From a virus (lineage: Duplodnaviria; Caudoviricetes): a stretch of 64,000 bases of DNA. Positions within the stretch are counted from its first letter, which is position 1, and every line of letters begins with the position of its first letter. The notes beneath the pieces are model-generated. The model did no database searches. It was not told the DNA's origin and saw nothing but the letters and a program-made list of their open reading frames with translations. This document shows positions 26,705-35,946 of this stretch, in pieces. A program made the translations under genes and the position numbers. The stretch lies in IMG/VR virus record IMGVR_UViG_3300032312_001422, positions 128,001 through 192,000 of that record. One strand, written 5' to 3'.

Positions 26705-26960
26705 CGAAATCTTGGACATATTGCAAGAGGAGTGCGGTGAAGTTATTGTTGCTATCAGCAAAATTCGCCGTTTTGGTATTGACAATACGTACAAGGATGG
26801 TGGTACCCAGCGTGAACACCTGGTACAAGAACTAGGCGATGTTACATTGCTAGTAGAATTACTCAAGGCACACAATATTTTTACAGAAGCAGAATTACAT
26901 GAAGCACAAGTGAGAAAAAGTCAAAAATTAACACAATGGTCGAAAATATATGAAGATTAA
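26685..26960 (+). CDS. MazG-like nucleotide pyrophosphohydrolase
   Basis: GTG start after GGAG; LQEECGEV...ELGDV all-alpha NTP-PPase motif. Confidence 0.78.
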   Translation: MQSTKVNEILDILQEECGEVIVAISKIRRFGIDNTYKDGGTQREHLVQELGDVTLLVELLKAHNIFTEAELHEAQVRKSQKLTQWSKIYED

Positions 26961-27810
26961 AGTCAGTGAAATATTTTATAGTTTACAAGGCGAAGGTCGC
27001 TTTGTTGGAGTACCCAGTGTATTCCTTAGAACCTATGGCTGTAACTTTACCTGTTCAGGTTTTGGATGCAAGCCTGGAGAAAAGTCAACAGGTGCCGATG
27101 AGGTTGCTAAAAAGGTTGAACTGTACAAGACATTTACGGACTTGCCCTTGGTAGAAACAGGATGCGACAGCTATGCGTCATGGCACCCTGCTTACAAGCA
27201 TCTAAGTCCAACACTGACCACAGAAGAACTTGTGGAAAAGATGTTGACCTTGACTCCCAACAACCAGTGGGCCCAGAACAATGGCAATGATGTACACTTG
27301 GTTATCACAGGCGGTGAACCTTTGCTAGGTTGGCAACGTGCCTATGCAGAACTGCTGAGTCATCCCAGAATGGCAGACTTAAAAAATATCACATTTGAAA
27401 CCAATGGCACACAAGAACTACACGAAGACTTTAGAGATTATTTGATCGATTGGGCCAGTGACAAAGCTGGTCGTGAAGTTACATTCAGTGTCAGTGCCAA
27501 ACTGAGTGCAAGCGGCGAGACTTGGGAAGATGCTATCAAACCCAAGATTGTCAATATCTATCAAACTTACGGACATACCTATCTTAAATTTGTGGTAGAA
27601 ACAGAAGACCATGTAACTGAAGCAGTCCGTGCTGTGGACGCCTTTAGACATGATGGCTTCAAAGGAGTTGTATACTTGATGCCACAGGGCGGTGTAGTTG
27701 ATCCATACGAATCAAATAAACTAAACATTGCCAACATCTGTTGCAAACTGGGATTCAACTATAGCCCACGCTTGCATGTGGATCTCTGGGGCAACGGCTG
27801 GGGCAAATAA
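26950..27810 (+). CDS. queE: 7-carboxy-7-deazaguanine synthase (radical SAM)
   Basis: EIFYSLQGEG...FLRTYGCNFTC; TGGEPL; FETNG; YLMPQ; PRLH. Confidence 0.93.
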   Translation: MKIKVSEIFYSLQGEGRFVGVPSVFLRTYGCNFTCSGFGCKPGEKSTGADEVAKKVELYKTFTDLPLVETGCDSYASWHPAYKHLSPTLTTEELVEKMLTLTPNNQWAQNNGNDVHLVITGGEPLLGWQRAYAELLSHPRMADLKNITFETNGTQELHEDFRDYLIDWASDKAGREVTFSVSAKLSASGETWEDAIKPKIVNIYQTYGHTYLKFVVETEDHVTEAVRAVDAFRHDGFKGVVYLMPQGGVVDPYESNKLNIANICCKLGFNYSPRLHVDLWGNGWGK

Positions 27811-27811
27811 T

Positions 27812-28036
27812 ATGGCTCCCATACCGGGCATGGACCGATATGATCAGTTTCATGCACGAGCCGACTGGGATTACGTATTTGTCTGGTGGCCGAAACAATG
27901 TGAACTCACTAACCGTCAAATCTGGTTGCAACATGCATATCGTGGCACAGCAGTCTGGGTCGGCCCCGGTGAACCTGTGTTTGAATACAGATATCATGCT
28001 CCCCAGGAACACTTAATTTGGCAACTACAACAGTGA
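27812..28036 (+). CDS. hypothetical protein
   Basis: ATG immediately after the queE stop. Confidence 0.6.
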   Translation: MAPIPGMDRYDQFHARADWDYVFVWWPKQCELTNRQIWLQHAYRGTAVWVGPGEPVFEYRYHAPQEHLIWQLQQ

Positions 28037-28518
28037 CTGAAAAAAAATCCAATGTCACCGACGGACGAGAGAGTTTTGACGTCACAGTTGGCAATACCTT
28101 GGTTGCGTTTTTTAATCGCAACGTAAGCACGTATCCCACTGAAGCGGGTGGACCCAAGTTTGATCTTATTCCCGTTGAAAAGCAAAAAGACATCATGGTC
28201 AATGTGGCCCGTATGTATGCTCAACAGGAATACGACCGTATTACAGAATTGGTAACAGTATTACAAAAACAAGCAGCAGAACTCAAGCGTCGATTAGATA
28301 TTACCGACATGGTACATGCCGCCAAGTACGAGTTCCAAGTGTATCACGGCCAAACCTATTGGTTGGCTTACGAACACAACAAACAAGGCACTAGATTGAC
28401 CCACTTGGGCCCAAATGATTGGACCACAGGTGCGCCTGCAGATTATGAATATATTTGCCAGGTCAAGTGGTTGGGTGATTACACCTGGGTAGAAGTAACA
28501 GAACAGGATGCAAAATGA
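28018..28518 (+). CDS. hypothetical protein
   Basis: ORF track; start uncertain (GTG at 28033 is possible). Confidence 0.7.
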   Translation: MATTTVTEKKSNVTDGRESFDVTVGNTLVAFFNRNVSTYPTEAGGPKFDLIPVEKQKDIMVNVARMYAQQEYDRITELVTVLQKQAAELKRRLDITDMVHAAKYEFQVYHGQTYWLAYEHNKQGTRLTHLGPNDWTTGAPADYEYICQVKWLGDYTWVEVTEQDAK

Positions 28519-29477
28519 ATAAAATGATGATTTGGCCCGTGTGGGCAGTGGCAGTATTGACCACTTGGTTATACCTGATCTTGACCGGACCAGGTTTTGC
28601 CTTGTATGACACACACTGGCTGTATGCGGTTATGATGATATTTGGTTCAGCCATAGCCGGCTTCACTCCCGAGGGTGGCGGTGCTGTGGCATTTCCCATT
28701 CTGAGCCTGTACTTTAATATCACCCCGCCTGCGGCTAGAGACTTTAGTCTAGCCATACAAAGCATTGGCATGGTATCAGCGGCCATATGGATCTTGACAC
28801 GCAAAGGGCATGACCTACGAACATTTAGACACGTACCGTTCTATGCGGCTGTGAACATGATTGGTTTTGTGCTTATGACCACTGTGGCCGGTGCTGTTGC
28901 TTTCAAAACCGTACAGATGTTGTTTGTGAGTCTGGCCTTGGCCTTTATTGTGGCCTACTTGATCAGCCGTGGTCGTGGCACCGTGGATGATGTCGAACTC
29001 AAAGGTTCCCAATTTGTTACTTTTACAATATTTTCATTCATAGGTGGTTGTGCCTCTGCCATGTTCGGCACAGGCAGTGACATGTTGATTTACATTGCGT
29101 TGACCTGCTACTACGGCATGAAGGAAAAGATCAGCACAGACATCAGCATTGTGCTCATGGCTGTGATCACTGTGTTTGGCATTGCCTATCGTGGTTTGTT
29201 TTTGGATGCTGTACACCCGGACGTTTATTTGATGTGGTTGGCAGCTGCCCCGGTGGTGTTGTTTTTTGCTCCATTTGGTAACATACTGTTGGGATGGGTC
29301 CGTAAAGAAACCATGTTGTACACAGTACTGGCCATGAATGCTGTAAACTATTTTTACTTTATGAGTAAAAATCTAAATATGCTGACACCAACTGTGATAA
29401 CACTGGCATCATTTGTAATATTTTTTGTAGCAAGTTTTTACATTAAGAACATAAGGAATAAAAATGGGAATATTTGA
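28515..29477 (+). CDS. TauE/SafE-like sulfite exporter family membrane protein
   Basis: Repeated GxGGG-like loops (GFTPEGGGAV; FGTGSD); about 8-9 TM helices. Confidence 0.72.
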   Translation: MNKMMIWPVWAVAVLTTWLYLILTGPGFALYDTHWLYAVMMIFGSAIAGFTPEGGGAVAFPILSLYFNITPPAARDFSLAIQSIGMVSAAIWILTRKGHDLRTFRHVPFYAAVNMIGFVLMTTVAGAVAFKTVQMLFVSLALAFIVAYLISRGRGTVDDVELKGSQFVTFTIFSFIGGCASAMFGTGSDMLIYIALTCYYGMKEKISTDISIVLMAVITVFGIAYRGLFLDAVHPDVYLMWLAAAPVVLFFAPFGNILLGWVRKETMLYTVLAMNAVNYFYFMSKNLNMLTPTVITLASFVIFFVASFYIKNIRNKNGNI

Positions 29478-29850
29478 TCGCTTTAAAAAGAAACCCGAAA
29501 CAAAACCAGAAGCACCCAAGACTCGAAAAAAATCTGCCAAGGACTTGGCCACAGAAAAGGGTGAACCTTATGTGGCAATTCTTAGTGTGGACCTAGATCC
29601 CGACAACATTGGCAACGGTGCATTTGAGCTAGACTGGAATGACAAGTTTATTGCCAATCTGGTACGTGCTGGTTATCAACACAAGCCCGCAGACACAGAT
29701 GCAGACATGGTAGACCGTTGGTTTGCTGATGTATGTAAAAATGTAGTGGCAGAAAACTTTGAACAATGGGAAGCCAATCAACCCTTTGATGCACGTCCAC
29801 GCAATATTGAACGCAGAGATATCGGCGACGGTCGCACTGAAGTATCGTGA
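29464..29850 (+). CDS. hypothetical protein
   Basis: AAGGA SD; 128 aa. Confidence 0.75.
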   Translation: MGIFDRFKKKPETKPEAPKTRKKSAKDLATEKGEPYVAILSVDLDPDNIGNGAFELDWNDKFIANLVRAGYQHKPADTDADMVDRWFADVCKNVVAENFEQWEANQPFDARPRNIERRDIGDGRTEVS

Positions 29851-30575
29851 TACTGTATGTGAATGGCGATAGCCATAGTGCCGGTGCAGAATTAGCACAA
29901 GTTCGCAATGGAGTGCTATCAGAGTTCAACGACGACACTCGGCAGTATCAACCAGCACAAGGAAGTCAACACTGGCAAGCTGAATGTGTTAAACGCAGTT
30001 ACAGTCAACAGTTGGCCAATCACTTGGGTGCAGAGCTGGTTTGTGAAGCAGAGTCCGGTGGCAGTAGTGCAAGAACGCTACGAGTCACCCGCGAATATCT
30101 CAAACACAATCGTCCTGACCTTTTGGTTATTGGCTGGAGTCCAATTGAACGGGAAGAGTGGTGGCACAATGGTGTTGCATATCAAGTAACTGGGGGTGGT
30201 GTTAAATCAGTTCCTGCAGAGTTGGCTGACAGATACAAGCAATGGGTAATCAATAATTCTACACCCAGTGCCATCAATGCCAAGGCCGTGGCATTGCACA
30301 AAGAGATATTTGATTTCCATCAAGAATTACTTGAGATAGACGTACCACATGTGTTTTTTAACACATTCAACAGTTTTGAATTCATTGCTGACATGGGTGG
30401 CTCACCTGTTGACTGGAATGACTGTTTTGTTGAACCTTATTTGGAATCCTATACTTATTGTTTGTGGTTAAAAAATCAAAATTATCAAACAGTCAATTTG
30501 TCCAGCATGCATTTTGGTCCAGCCGGACATCGTGCCTGGGCCGATTTCTTATATCAACACTATTGTAAAAAATGA
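29847..30575 (+). CDS. SGNH-hydrolase-like protein (tandem paralog 1)
   Basis: NGDSHSAG block I; C-terminal HFGPAGH. Confidence 0.7.
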   Translation: MILYVNGDSHSAGAELAQVRNGVLSEFNDDTRQYQPAQGSQHWQAECVKRSYSQQLANHLGAELVCEAESGGSSARTLRVTREYLKHNRPDLLVIGWSPIEREEWWHNGVAYQVTGGGVKSVPAELADRYKQWVINNSTPSAINAKAVALHKEIFDFHQELLEIDVPHVFFNTFNSFEFIADMGGSPVDWNDCFVEPYLESYTYCLWLKNQNYQTVNLSSMHFGPAGHRAWADFLYQHYCKK

Positions 30576-31273
30576 TCTTATACGTAAATGGTGACAGTCA
30601 TAGTGCTGGTGCAGAAGCAGTAAACACATATTCGTTTGCTCGAGACGATAGCTTGTACTGGAACATGGATCGAGAACCGCATCCAGATAATCTACGTGTC
30701 AGCTACGGCTGTGAGTTGGCCAATATGCTGGGTGCCATACTACAATGTGATGCCGAGTCAGCAAGTAGCAACGACAGAATCGTTCGTACCACTTATGAAT
30801 CGCTTGACATTGTAAAACCCGAGTTGGTCATCATTGGGTGGTCAACATGGGAACGCGAAGAGTGGTGGCACGAAGGCACCCAACAGTATTGGCAAGTCAA
30901 TGCTGGTGGTGTTGGTGAAGATTGGCCGGCAGAAATCAAAGATCAATACCAGGGTTATATTTTAAACATCAACTACGATCATGCTGTTAGAAACGCACAC
31001 GAAAAAATACACCAACTGCATAGATATCTTGACCAGAGCAAGATACCACACATATTTTTCAATACCTTTGAGCCGTTTACAAAAACCTTAAAATTTGAAT
31101 GGGGCAACAGTTACATACACCCATACAATCCAGAATACACTTACTACAATTGGTTAAAGCAACGGGGATTCGAAACGGTTCGTCCCGGATCATACCATTT
31201 TGGTCCAGAGGCACATCGTGCTTGGGCTGAATTTTTATACCAAAATTATGTCCAAACGCTGTTGACAACTTAA
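30572..31273 (+). CDS. SGNH-hydrolase-like protein (tandem paralog 2)
   Basis: Identical N-terminus MILYVNGDSHSAGAE; HFGPEAH. Confidence 0.7.
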   Translation: MILYVNGDSHSAGAEAVNTYSFARDDSLYWNMDREPHPDNLRVSYGCELANMLGAILQCDAESASSNDRIVRTTYESLDIVKPELVIIGWSTWEREEWWHEGTQQYWQVNAGGVGEDWPAEIKDQYQGYILNINYDHAVRNAHEKIHQLHRYLDQSKIPHIFFNTFEPFTKTLKFEWGNSYIHPYNPEYTYYNWLKQRGFETVRPGSYHFGPEAHRAWAEFLYQNYVQTLLTT

Positions 31274-31290
31274 TCATTATATGCTATTAT
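31262..31290 (+). promoter_or_regulatory. sigma70-type promoter
   Basis: TTGACA-17-TATTAT. Confidence 0.6.
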
Positions 31291-31296
31291 AACTAC

Positions 31297-32292
31297 ATGA
31301 GATATCTACTTGTTGACACCGCTAATACATTCTTCCGTGCCAGGCACGCCGCACACCGTCAAGCTGATACTTGGGATAGGCTGGGTTTTGCTATTCAAGT
31401 AACACTAAATAGTGTTAATAAGAGCTGGAGAGACCAAAAGGCAGACCATGTTATTTTCTGCCTGGAAGGTCGTAGTTGGCGCAAAGACTATTATGAGCCT
31501 TATAAAAAGAATCGTAGTGTGGCTCGTGCGGCACTGACAGAAAAAGAAGCTGAAGAAGATGCATTGTTTTGGGAAAGCTTCGATACGCTCAAAGACTTCT
31601 TGGCTACAAAAACAAATTGCACAGTATTACAACACCCCGAACTAGAAGCAGATGATTTGATTGCTGGTTGGATACAAGCCCACCCACGTGATCATCACAC
31701 CATTGTGTCAAGTGACACAGACTTTCATCAACTGCTGGCAGAAAATGTAAATCAATATAACGGAATCGCAGATGAGCTCCACACTATTCAAGGTATTTTC
31801 GACAAGAAAGGTGCCCCAGTCAAAGATAAAAAGACTAAGGAACCAAAAACAATTCCGGACCCTAAGTGGATTCTTTTCGAAAAGTGTATGCGAGGAGATC
31901 CAACCGACAATATTTTTTCGGCGTACCCAGGGGTGCGTAAGGTGGGAAGTAAAAATAAAGTTGGGCTCCAAGAAGCCTTTAACGACAAAACAGCGAAGGG
32001 CTTTGCGTGGAATAATCTAATGCTACAGCGTTGGACCGATCACAACGGTGCCGAACATCGTGTGCTAGACGACTACGAACGCAATCGTGTGTTGGTAGAT
32101 TTAACTGCACAGCCCGATGATATCAAAGTCAAAATACGTGGCACCATAGATGGAAATAGTGTGCCACTTAACCGCCCCATGATTGGTGCTCATTTTTTAA
32201 AGTTTTGCGGCAAATACGATCTAGTAAAAATGTCAGAATACGCTGAACAATACACTAGATTTTTAGAAGCCAGTTATCCAGAAAAGGAATAG
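31297..32292 (+). CDS. 5'-3' exonuclease / T4 RNase H-like flap nuclease
   Basis: LLVDTAN, EADDLIA, SSDTDFHQL, GDPTDNI H3TH motif. Confidence 0.92.
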   Translation: MRYLLVDTANTFFRARHAAHRQADTWDRLGFAIQVTLNSVNKSWRDQKADHVIFCLEGRSWRKDYYEPYKKNRSVARAALTEKEAEEDALFWESFDTLKDFLATKTNCTVLQHPELEADDLIAGWIQAHPRDHHTIVSSDTDFHQLLAENVNQYNGIADELHTIQGIFDKKGAPVKDKKTKEPKTIPDPKWILFEKCMRGDPTDNIFSAYPGVRKVGSKNKVGLQEAFNDKTAKGFAWNNLMLQRWTDHNGAEHRVLDDYERNRVLVDLTAQPDDIKVKIRGTIDGNSVPLNRPMIGAHFLKFCGKYDLVKMSEYAEQYTRFLEASYPEKE

Positions 32293-32293
32293 T

Positions 32294-32464
32294 ATGTTAG
32301 ACAATTTTAGATCATGGTATTTGCGTAACCACAAAGAAATTACCTGGTTCCTTATTGGCTTTTTGGTCATGGCTGGCATGATTGACATTGGCCAGGGCGA
32401 CTACGTAGGTGCTGTTATCAGTTTTGGTATTGCTTATATCAATTATCTTTTTAGCAAAAGATGA
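32294..32464 (+). CDS. 56-aa membrane protein
   Basis: Read from sequence (MLDNFRSWYLRNHKEITWFLIG...); coupled to the next ATG. Confidence 0.6.
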   Translation: MLDNFRSWYLRNHKEITWFLIGFLVMAGMIDIGQGDYVGAVISFGIAYINYLFSKR

Positions 32465-32820
32465 TTTTTTTATTGTTGTTTGTGCTGGCTGTCAAGCATT
32501 GGATTGCAGATTTCGTATTGCAATTTGAATACATGGTTGAACAAAAAGGCACCTATGGCCTTATGGGCGGAATCGAACATGCCATCATGCATGGCGTGTT
32601 TACTGGCATCATAGTGACAGTATTTGTGAACAATGCACCGGTGGGTATAATGTTTGGTCTACTGGATAGTGTTGTACATTATCATGTAGATTACGTCAAG
32701 GCCAAATGGGGCACACGAAATGCCAACACACAAAAGTTTTGGATTCAATTGGGAGCCGATCAGTTGGCCCACTACACGTTCTATATCTGGTTGGTATGGA
32801 TCTTACAAGAAGCTATTTAA
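32461..32820 (+). CDS. His-rich membrane protein, DUF3307-like
   Basis: KHWIADFVLQ...HAIMH...HYHVD...DQLAH. Confidence 0.8.
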   Translation: MIFLLLFVLAVKHWIADFVLQFEYMVEQKGTYGLMGGIEHAIMHGVFTGIIVTVFVNNAPVGIMFGLLDSVVHYHVDYVKAKWGTRNANTQKFWIQLGADQLAHYTFYIWLVWILQEAI

Positions 32821-32829
32821 GGAGTCACC

Positions 32830-33306
32830 ATGAGTGATATTATTGCTAAACCCGTTGTAAAAAATAAATTTTGGATTGTAGAAGAAGGTGGAGAAAAGAT
32901 TGCCACCATCCAGGCCATTGAAGAAGGCGGCTTTGCTTATGTACATGATGAGCAAAGAGAACTGTTTCCATCAATCAAGATGATCAGTAAAAAATATAAC
33001 ATCGAATTTGTCAAGGCTGAAAAACCCAAGAAGGAAAAACTGGATGTGTATGATGTGTATGGATTTCCTACCAATACTCAGCCCAACAATGAAGTGTTAG
33101 ATGTTCAACGCTACTTGCCTATCTATACCAAGGGTGCCAAATCAAAAAGTTTCTTTTGTGCCGGCTACTACATTATTAAATTCAGTTCAACCTGGGTTCG
33201 TGCCTACTGTCCAAAATTGATTACATTAAATCGTTACGAATATCAGGGTCCATTCAAAACTCAAGACCGCATGATAGAAGCCATGCGAGAAGCCAATGGA
33301 CAATAA
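32830..33306 (+). CDS. hypothetical protein
   Basis: AAGGAG SD. Confidence 0.8.
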   Translation: MSDIIAKPVVKNKFWIVEEGGEKIATIQAIEEGGFAYVHDEQRELFPSIKMISKKYNIEFVKAEKPKKEKLDVYDVYGFPTNTQPNNEVLDVQRYLPIYTKGAKSKSFFCAGYYIIKFSSTWVRAYCPKLITLNRYEYQGPFKTQDRMIEAMREANGQ

Positions 33307-33514
33307 CGTATCTGTTCATGTACGCATGTTCAATGATCGGGTGCGGGCCATGAATCAAAGCAATGGTAAAATACTAACACTAAATGCTCAAGAAGCTCGC
33401 AACTTACATGCCGAAATATACGAGTTGCTGGCCACCATCAGTGGATTGAGTAAAAATACTGAAAATTCCATTGTTAAAACCGGTATAAGTATGGATGGTG
33501 GCGGTTTTAAATAA
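33296..33514 (+). CDS. hypothetical protein
   Basis: ORF track. Confidence 0.65.
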   Translation: MDNNVSVHVRMFNDRVRAMNQSNGKILTLNAQEARNLHAEIYELLATISGLSKNTENSIVKTGISMDGGGFK

Positions 33515-33563
33515 TATACGTATATTAAGAGATAAATAAACAGTATATCAAGGATAACTGAAA

Positions 33564-33851
33564 ATGTCTAGACCCAAGCCAACCGTACTGTTGGACCACG
33601 TTAATAAAACCACTTACAAGAGCGAGCAAGTGCTGGCCTCTGAAGGTATCTGGGCGGTGTTCTACGACAATCAACCTATCAATCTCAAAACACACAATAT
33701 TCTAGTGAGTTACCCCGGTCCCAAGTACAAAAAAGTAAGCTTCAGCAATAGCGGACATGCAATCAACCTCTGCAAGAAACTCAACACCTTGTTCAAGACT
33801 GACAAGTTCAGTGTGGTACTGTTACGTGCCGGCGACAAAATCTTCCCATAA
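33564..33851 (+). CDS. hypothetical basic protein
   Basis: GATAAATA and AAGGA upstream. Confidence 0.75.
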   Translation: MSRPKPTVLLDHVNKTTYKSEQVLASEGIWAVFYDNQPINLKTHNILVSYPGPKYKKVSFSNSGHAINLCKKLNTLFKTDKFSVVLLRAGDKIFP

Positions 33852-34212
33852 GCGTTACACTCAACGTCAACTGACAAAAATATTTGTTGAACAGGCTGAC
33901 TTTCCCATTGGCCAAACTACCGACCTGCAACTGCGTTGGTGGAAGAATCCCACAGACGACACCAGCCTAAGATTGAGTCTTGCCGGCCTACAATTTGTCA
34001 AGGCTGTGCTCAAACTACAAAGTTACGAATTTGCCTTGCCCAAAGAACTGACCAATCATCATTTGTTGAAATTGGAACGACAGTTCCGAAGCATGTATTA
34101 CCTGCTCAAACGTCAGAAAATTATAGTGTTTGAAGAAGAAGAAGCCATGATGCTGACCTTACACGGCAATGACCTGGCGTTGTATTTAGACAACATAGAA
34201 TCAACCAATTAA
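33757..34212 (+). CDS. hypothetical protein (true start probably downstream)
   Basis: ORF track; N-terminus overlaps the previous gene. Confidence 0.55.
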   Translation: MQSTSARNSTPCSRLTSSVWYCYVPATKSSHKRYTQRQLTKIFVEQADFPIGQTTDLQLRWWKNPTDDTSLRLSLAGLQFVKAVLKLQSYEFALPKELTNHHLLKLERQFRSMYYLLKRQKIIVFEEEEAMMLTLHGNDLALYLDNIESTN

Positions 34213-34241
34213 TTGACATAAAGTATTATTCCTATTATAAT
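34213..34241 (+). promoter_or_regulatory. consensus sigma70 promoter
   Basis: TTGACA-17-TATAAT exact. Confidence 0.8.
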
Positions 34242-34263
34242 ATAATTATTATCAATTAAAAGG

Positions 34264-34644
34264 ATGTTGATTATGAGACCGTTATGCGTTAATCATGGAT
34301 GCAAACGACTAGCTATGGAAAGTCATAAAGACGCCGCCGGCAATGTTCGATATCGTGTACATTGCGGGCATTGCCAAAAAGCCAGCTACGGCGGCCATTC
34401 GCACAGTCCTGGGGTCACTCCGTTTAAGACCGGTCGGTGCAGCAATGATGACGGTCACTTAGGATTTAACTGTTGCATTGATTATAAAAAAGCACCCTGG
34501 GCAGTTGGCATGACAGAAATTGATCATATCAACACAGACCCGCACGATAATAGATTAGAAAATCTACAAGAGTTATGTCCAATGTGTCACAAAAGAAAAG
34601 GCCGAGTAAATGGCGACTATAAAAGAAAAACGTATCTTGCTTAA
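34264..34644 (+). CDS. HNH endonuclease
   Basis: EIDHIN...NRLENLQELCPMCH; additional CxxC motifs. Confidence 0.85.
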   Translation: MLIMRPLCVNHGCKRLAMESHKDAAGNVRYRVHCGHCQKASYGGHSHSPGVTPFKTGRCSNDDGHLGFNCCIDYKKAPWAVGMTEIDHINTDPHDNRLENLQELCPMCHKRKGRVNGDYKRKTYLA

Positions 34645-35182
34645 AGAATCATTGAACAAGTTTACCAAAGCAAACTATACCAAAGTTAAACGCAGTACAA
34701 ACACTCATTGTGAAAGTTTAGCCATTACCGTTTCGGAACTTGAGCGACTAATTGGTCTGTATAGAGGTAATCATACTCCGCAAACTGCTCGGTTGATTCG
34801 AGACAGTATAGATCATTGGATTCGTAGATACCACGGATATGTGATTGAGGGAGGCATTGGTGCTCATTACAGCCAAGTGGGCGTAGACTTAAAGAACTGT
34901 ATTTTTGAGCATGTTATTCCTGCTGCCAAAGTTCGTGACATGCTTATACAAGGCGTATTAACTGCACCGCAGGCATTGAATACTCCCACTTGCTTTATTA
35001 GTAAAACAAACGATCAGTTGTTGCGTGATCATAAACGAGTGAGTACCAGTCCCGATTATTGGAATTTCTTCAAGCGTTACGATATATTTGACAATGTAGA
35101 ATTTTGCACGTATAATGGTGTTAGTATAGATCAGACAACCTGGACATTGGAAGATCACTTTAATTTCTTTAAGAATATATGA
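34610..35182 (+). CDS. hypothetical protein, possible His-Me nuclease
   Basis: FEHVIP followed by TCFISKTND. Confidence 0.6.
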   Translation: MATIKEKRILLKESLNKFTKANYTKVKRSTNTHCESLAITVSELERLIGLYRGNHTPQTARLIRDSIDHWIRRYHGYVIEGGIGAHYSQVGVDLKNCIFEHVIPAAKVRDMLIQGVLTAPQALNTPTCFISKTNDQLLRDHKRVSTSPDYWNFFKRYDIFDNVEFCTYNGVSIDQTTWTLEDHFNFFKNI

Positions 35183-35946
35183 TACCACTAATAACACAAA
35201 ATATAGCGACTAACATAGCCGGGCATACTCAGCAGGCATGGACCTATGGTGTGCCCAATGGCGATACTGGAGAAATTGTTGTTGCCTGTGGAATTAAACC
35301 ATTCTACGACGGTGCCGAGCAAAAAGGTGGTTCAACTACTATTGTAGATGTCAAAGTAGATCATGTAGCATACGATATTAAATGTAGAGATGTGCTGGGC
35401 ATTTTTACTCGAGAACCAAGTGCTAAACAAAAATCTGCCGATCAAAATTATTATAAGGTAGATGAAAATTTATTTGTACGAGTACCTAAGTCGGTTGAAA
35501 GCCCAGTTAGACGCCCTAGTGTAGACCTTGAAAACTTTCAAGGTAACTGCCAAACTATTATTACAGAACAAATACAAGAATATAAAGACTATGCTGATAG
35601 AACTACCGCAGATGCAGGATGCACTGAATTGCGTAGTTTGCTTTTTCTGTATGGACGTAATAAAGGATATAAAGCTATCTACATAGAAGAACAACCGTTT
35701 AATACCCCAACCCCTACTAGTTTTGATATCTATAAAAACACTAAAGGTAAACCGGCGGCATACTATGCACGTGATCACAAACTATTATACAAGTTATTAG
35801 ACTACAGCAAAGGTAGTACTAATTTTGTTAAACGATTTGATTGCACTAACGGATACCTATTTGTATGGCCTGATAAATTTTTATCTAATAAAATCACAGA
35901 TATCATTGAGTGGAAAGTTCACGGAAATCATTCATTAATAATATGA
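35179..35946 (+). CDS. hypothetical protein, possible PD-(D/E)xK restriction-like nuclease
   Basis: E...IVDVK...YDIK spacing; weak motif. Confidence 0.5.
   Translation: MIPLITQNIATNIAGHTQQAWTYGVPNGDTGEIVVACGIKPFYDGAEQKGGSTTIVDVKVDHVAYDIKCRDVLGIFTREPSAKQKSADQNYYKVDENLFVRVPKSVESPVRRPSVDLENFQGNCQTIITEQIQEYKDYADRTTADAGCTELRSLLFLYGRNKGYKAIYIEEQPFNTPTPTSFDIYKNTKGKPAAYYARDHKLLYKLLDYSKGSTNFVKRFDCTNGYLFVWPDKFLSNKITDIIEWKVHGNHSLII

Noticed and set aside
34264-34644. HNH as an intron-encoded homing endonuclease
   Set aside because: It is free-standing behind its own promoter and no flanking split gene is seen.
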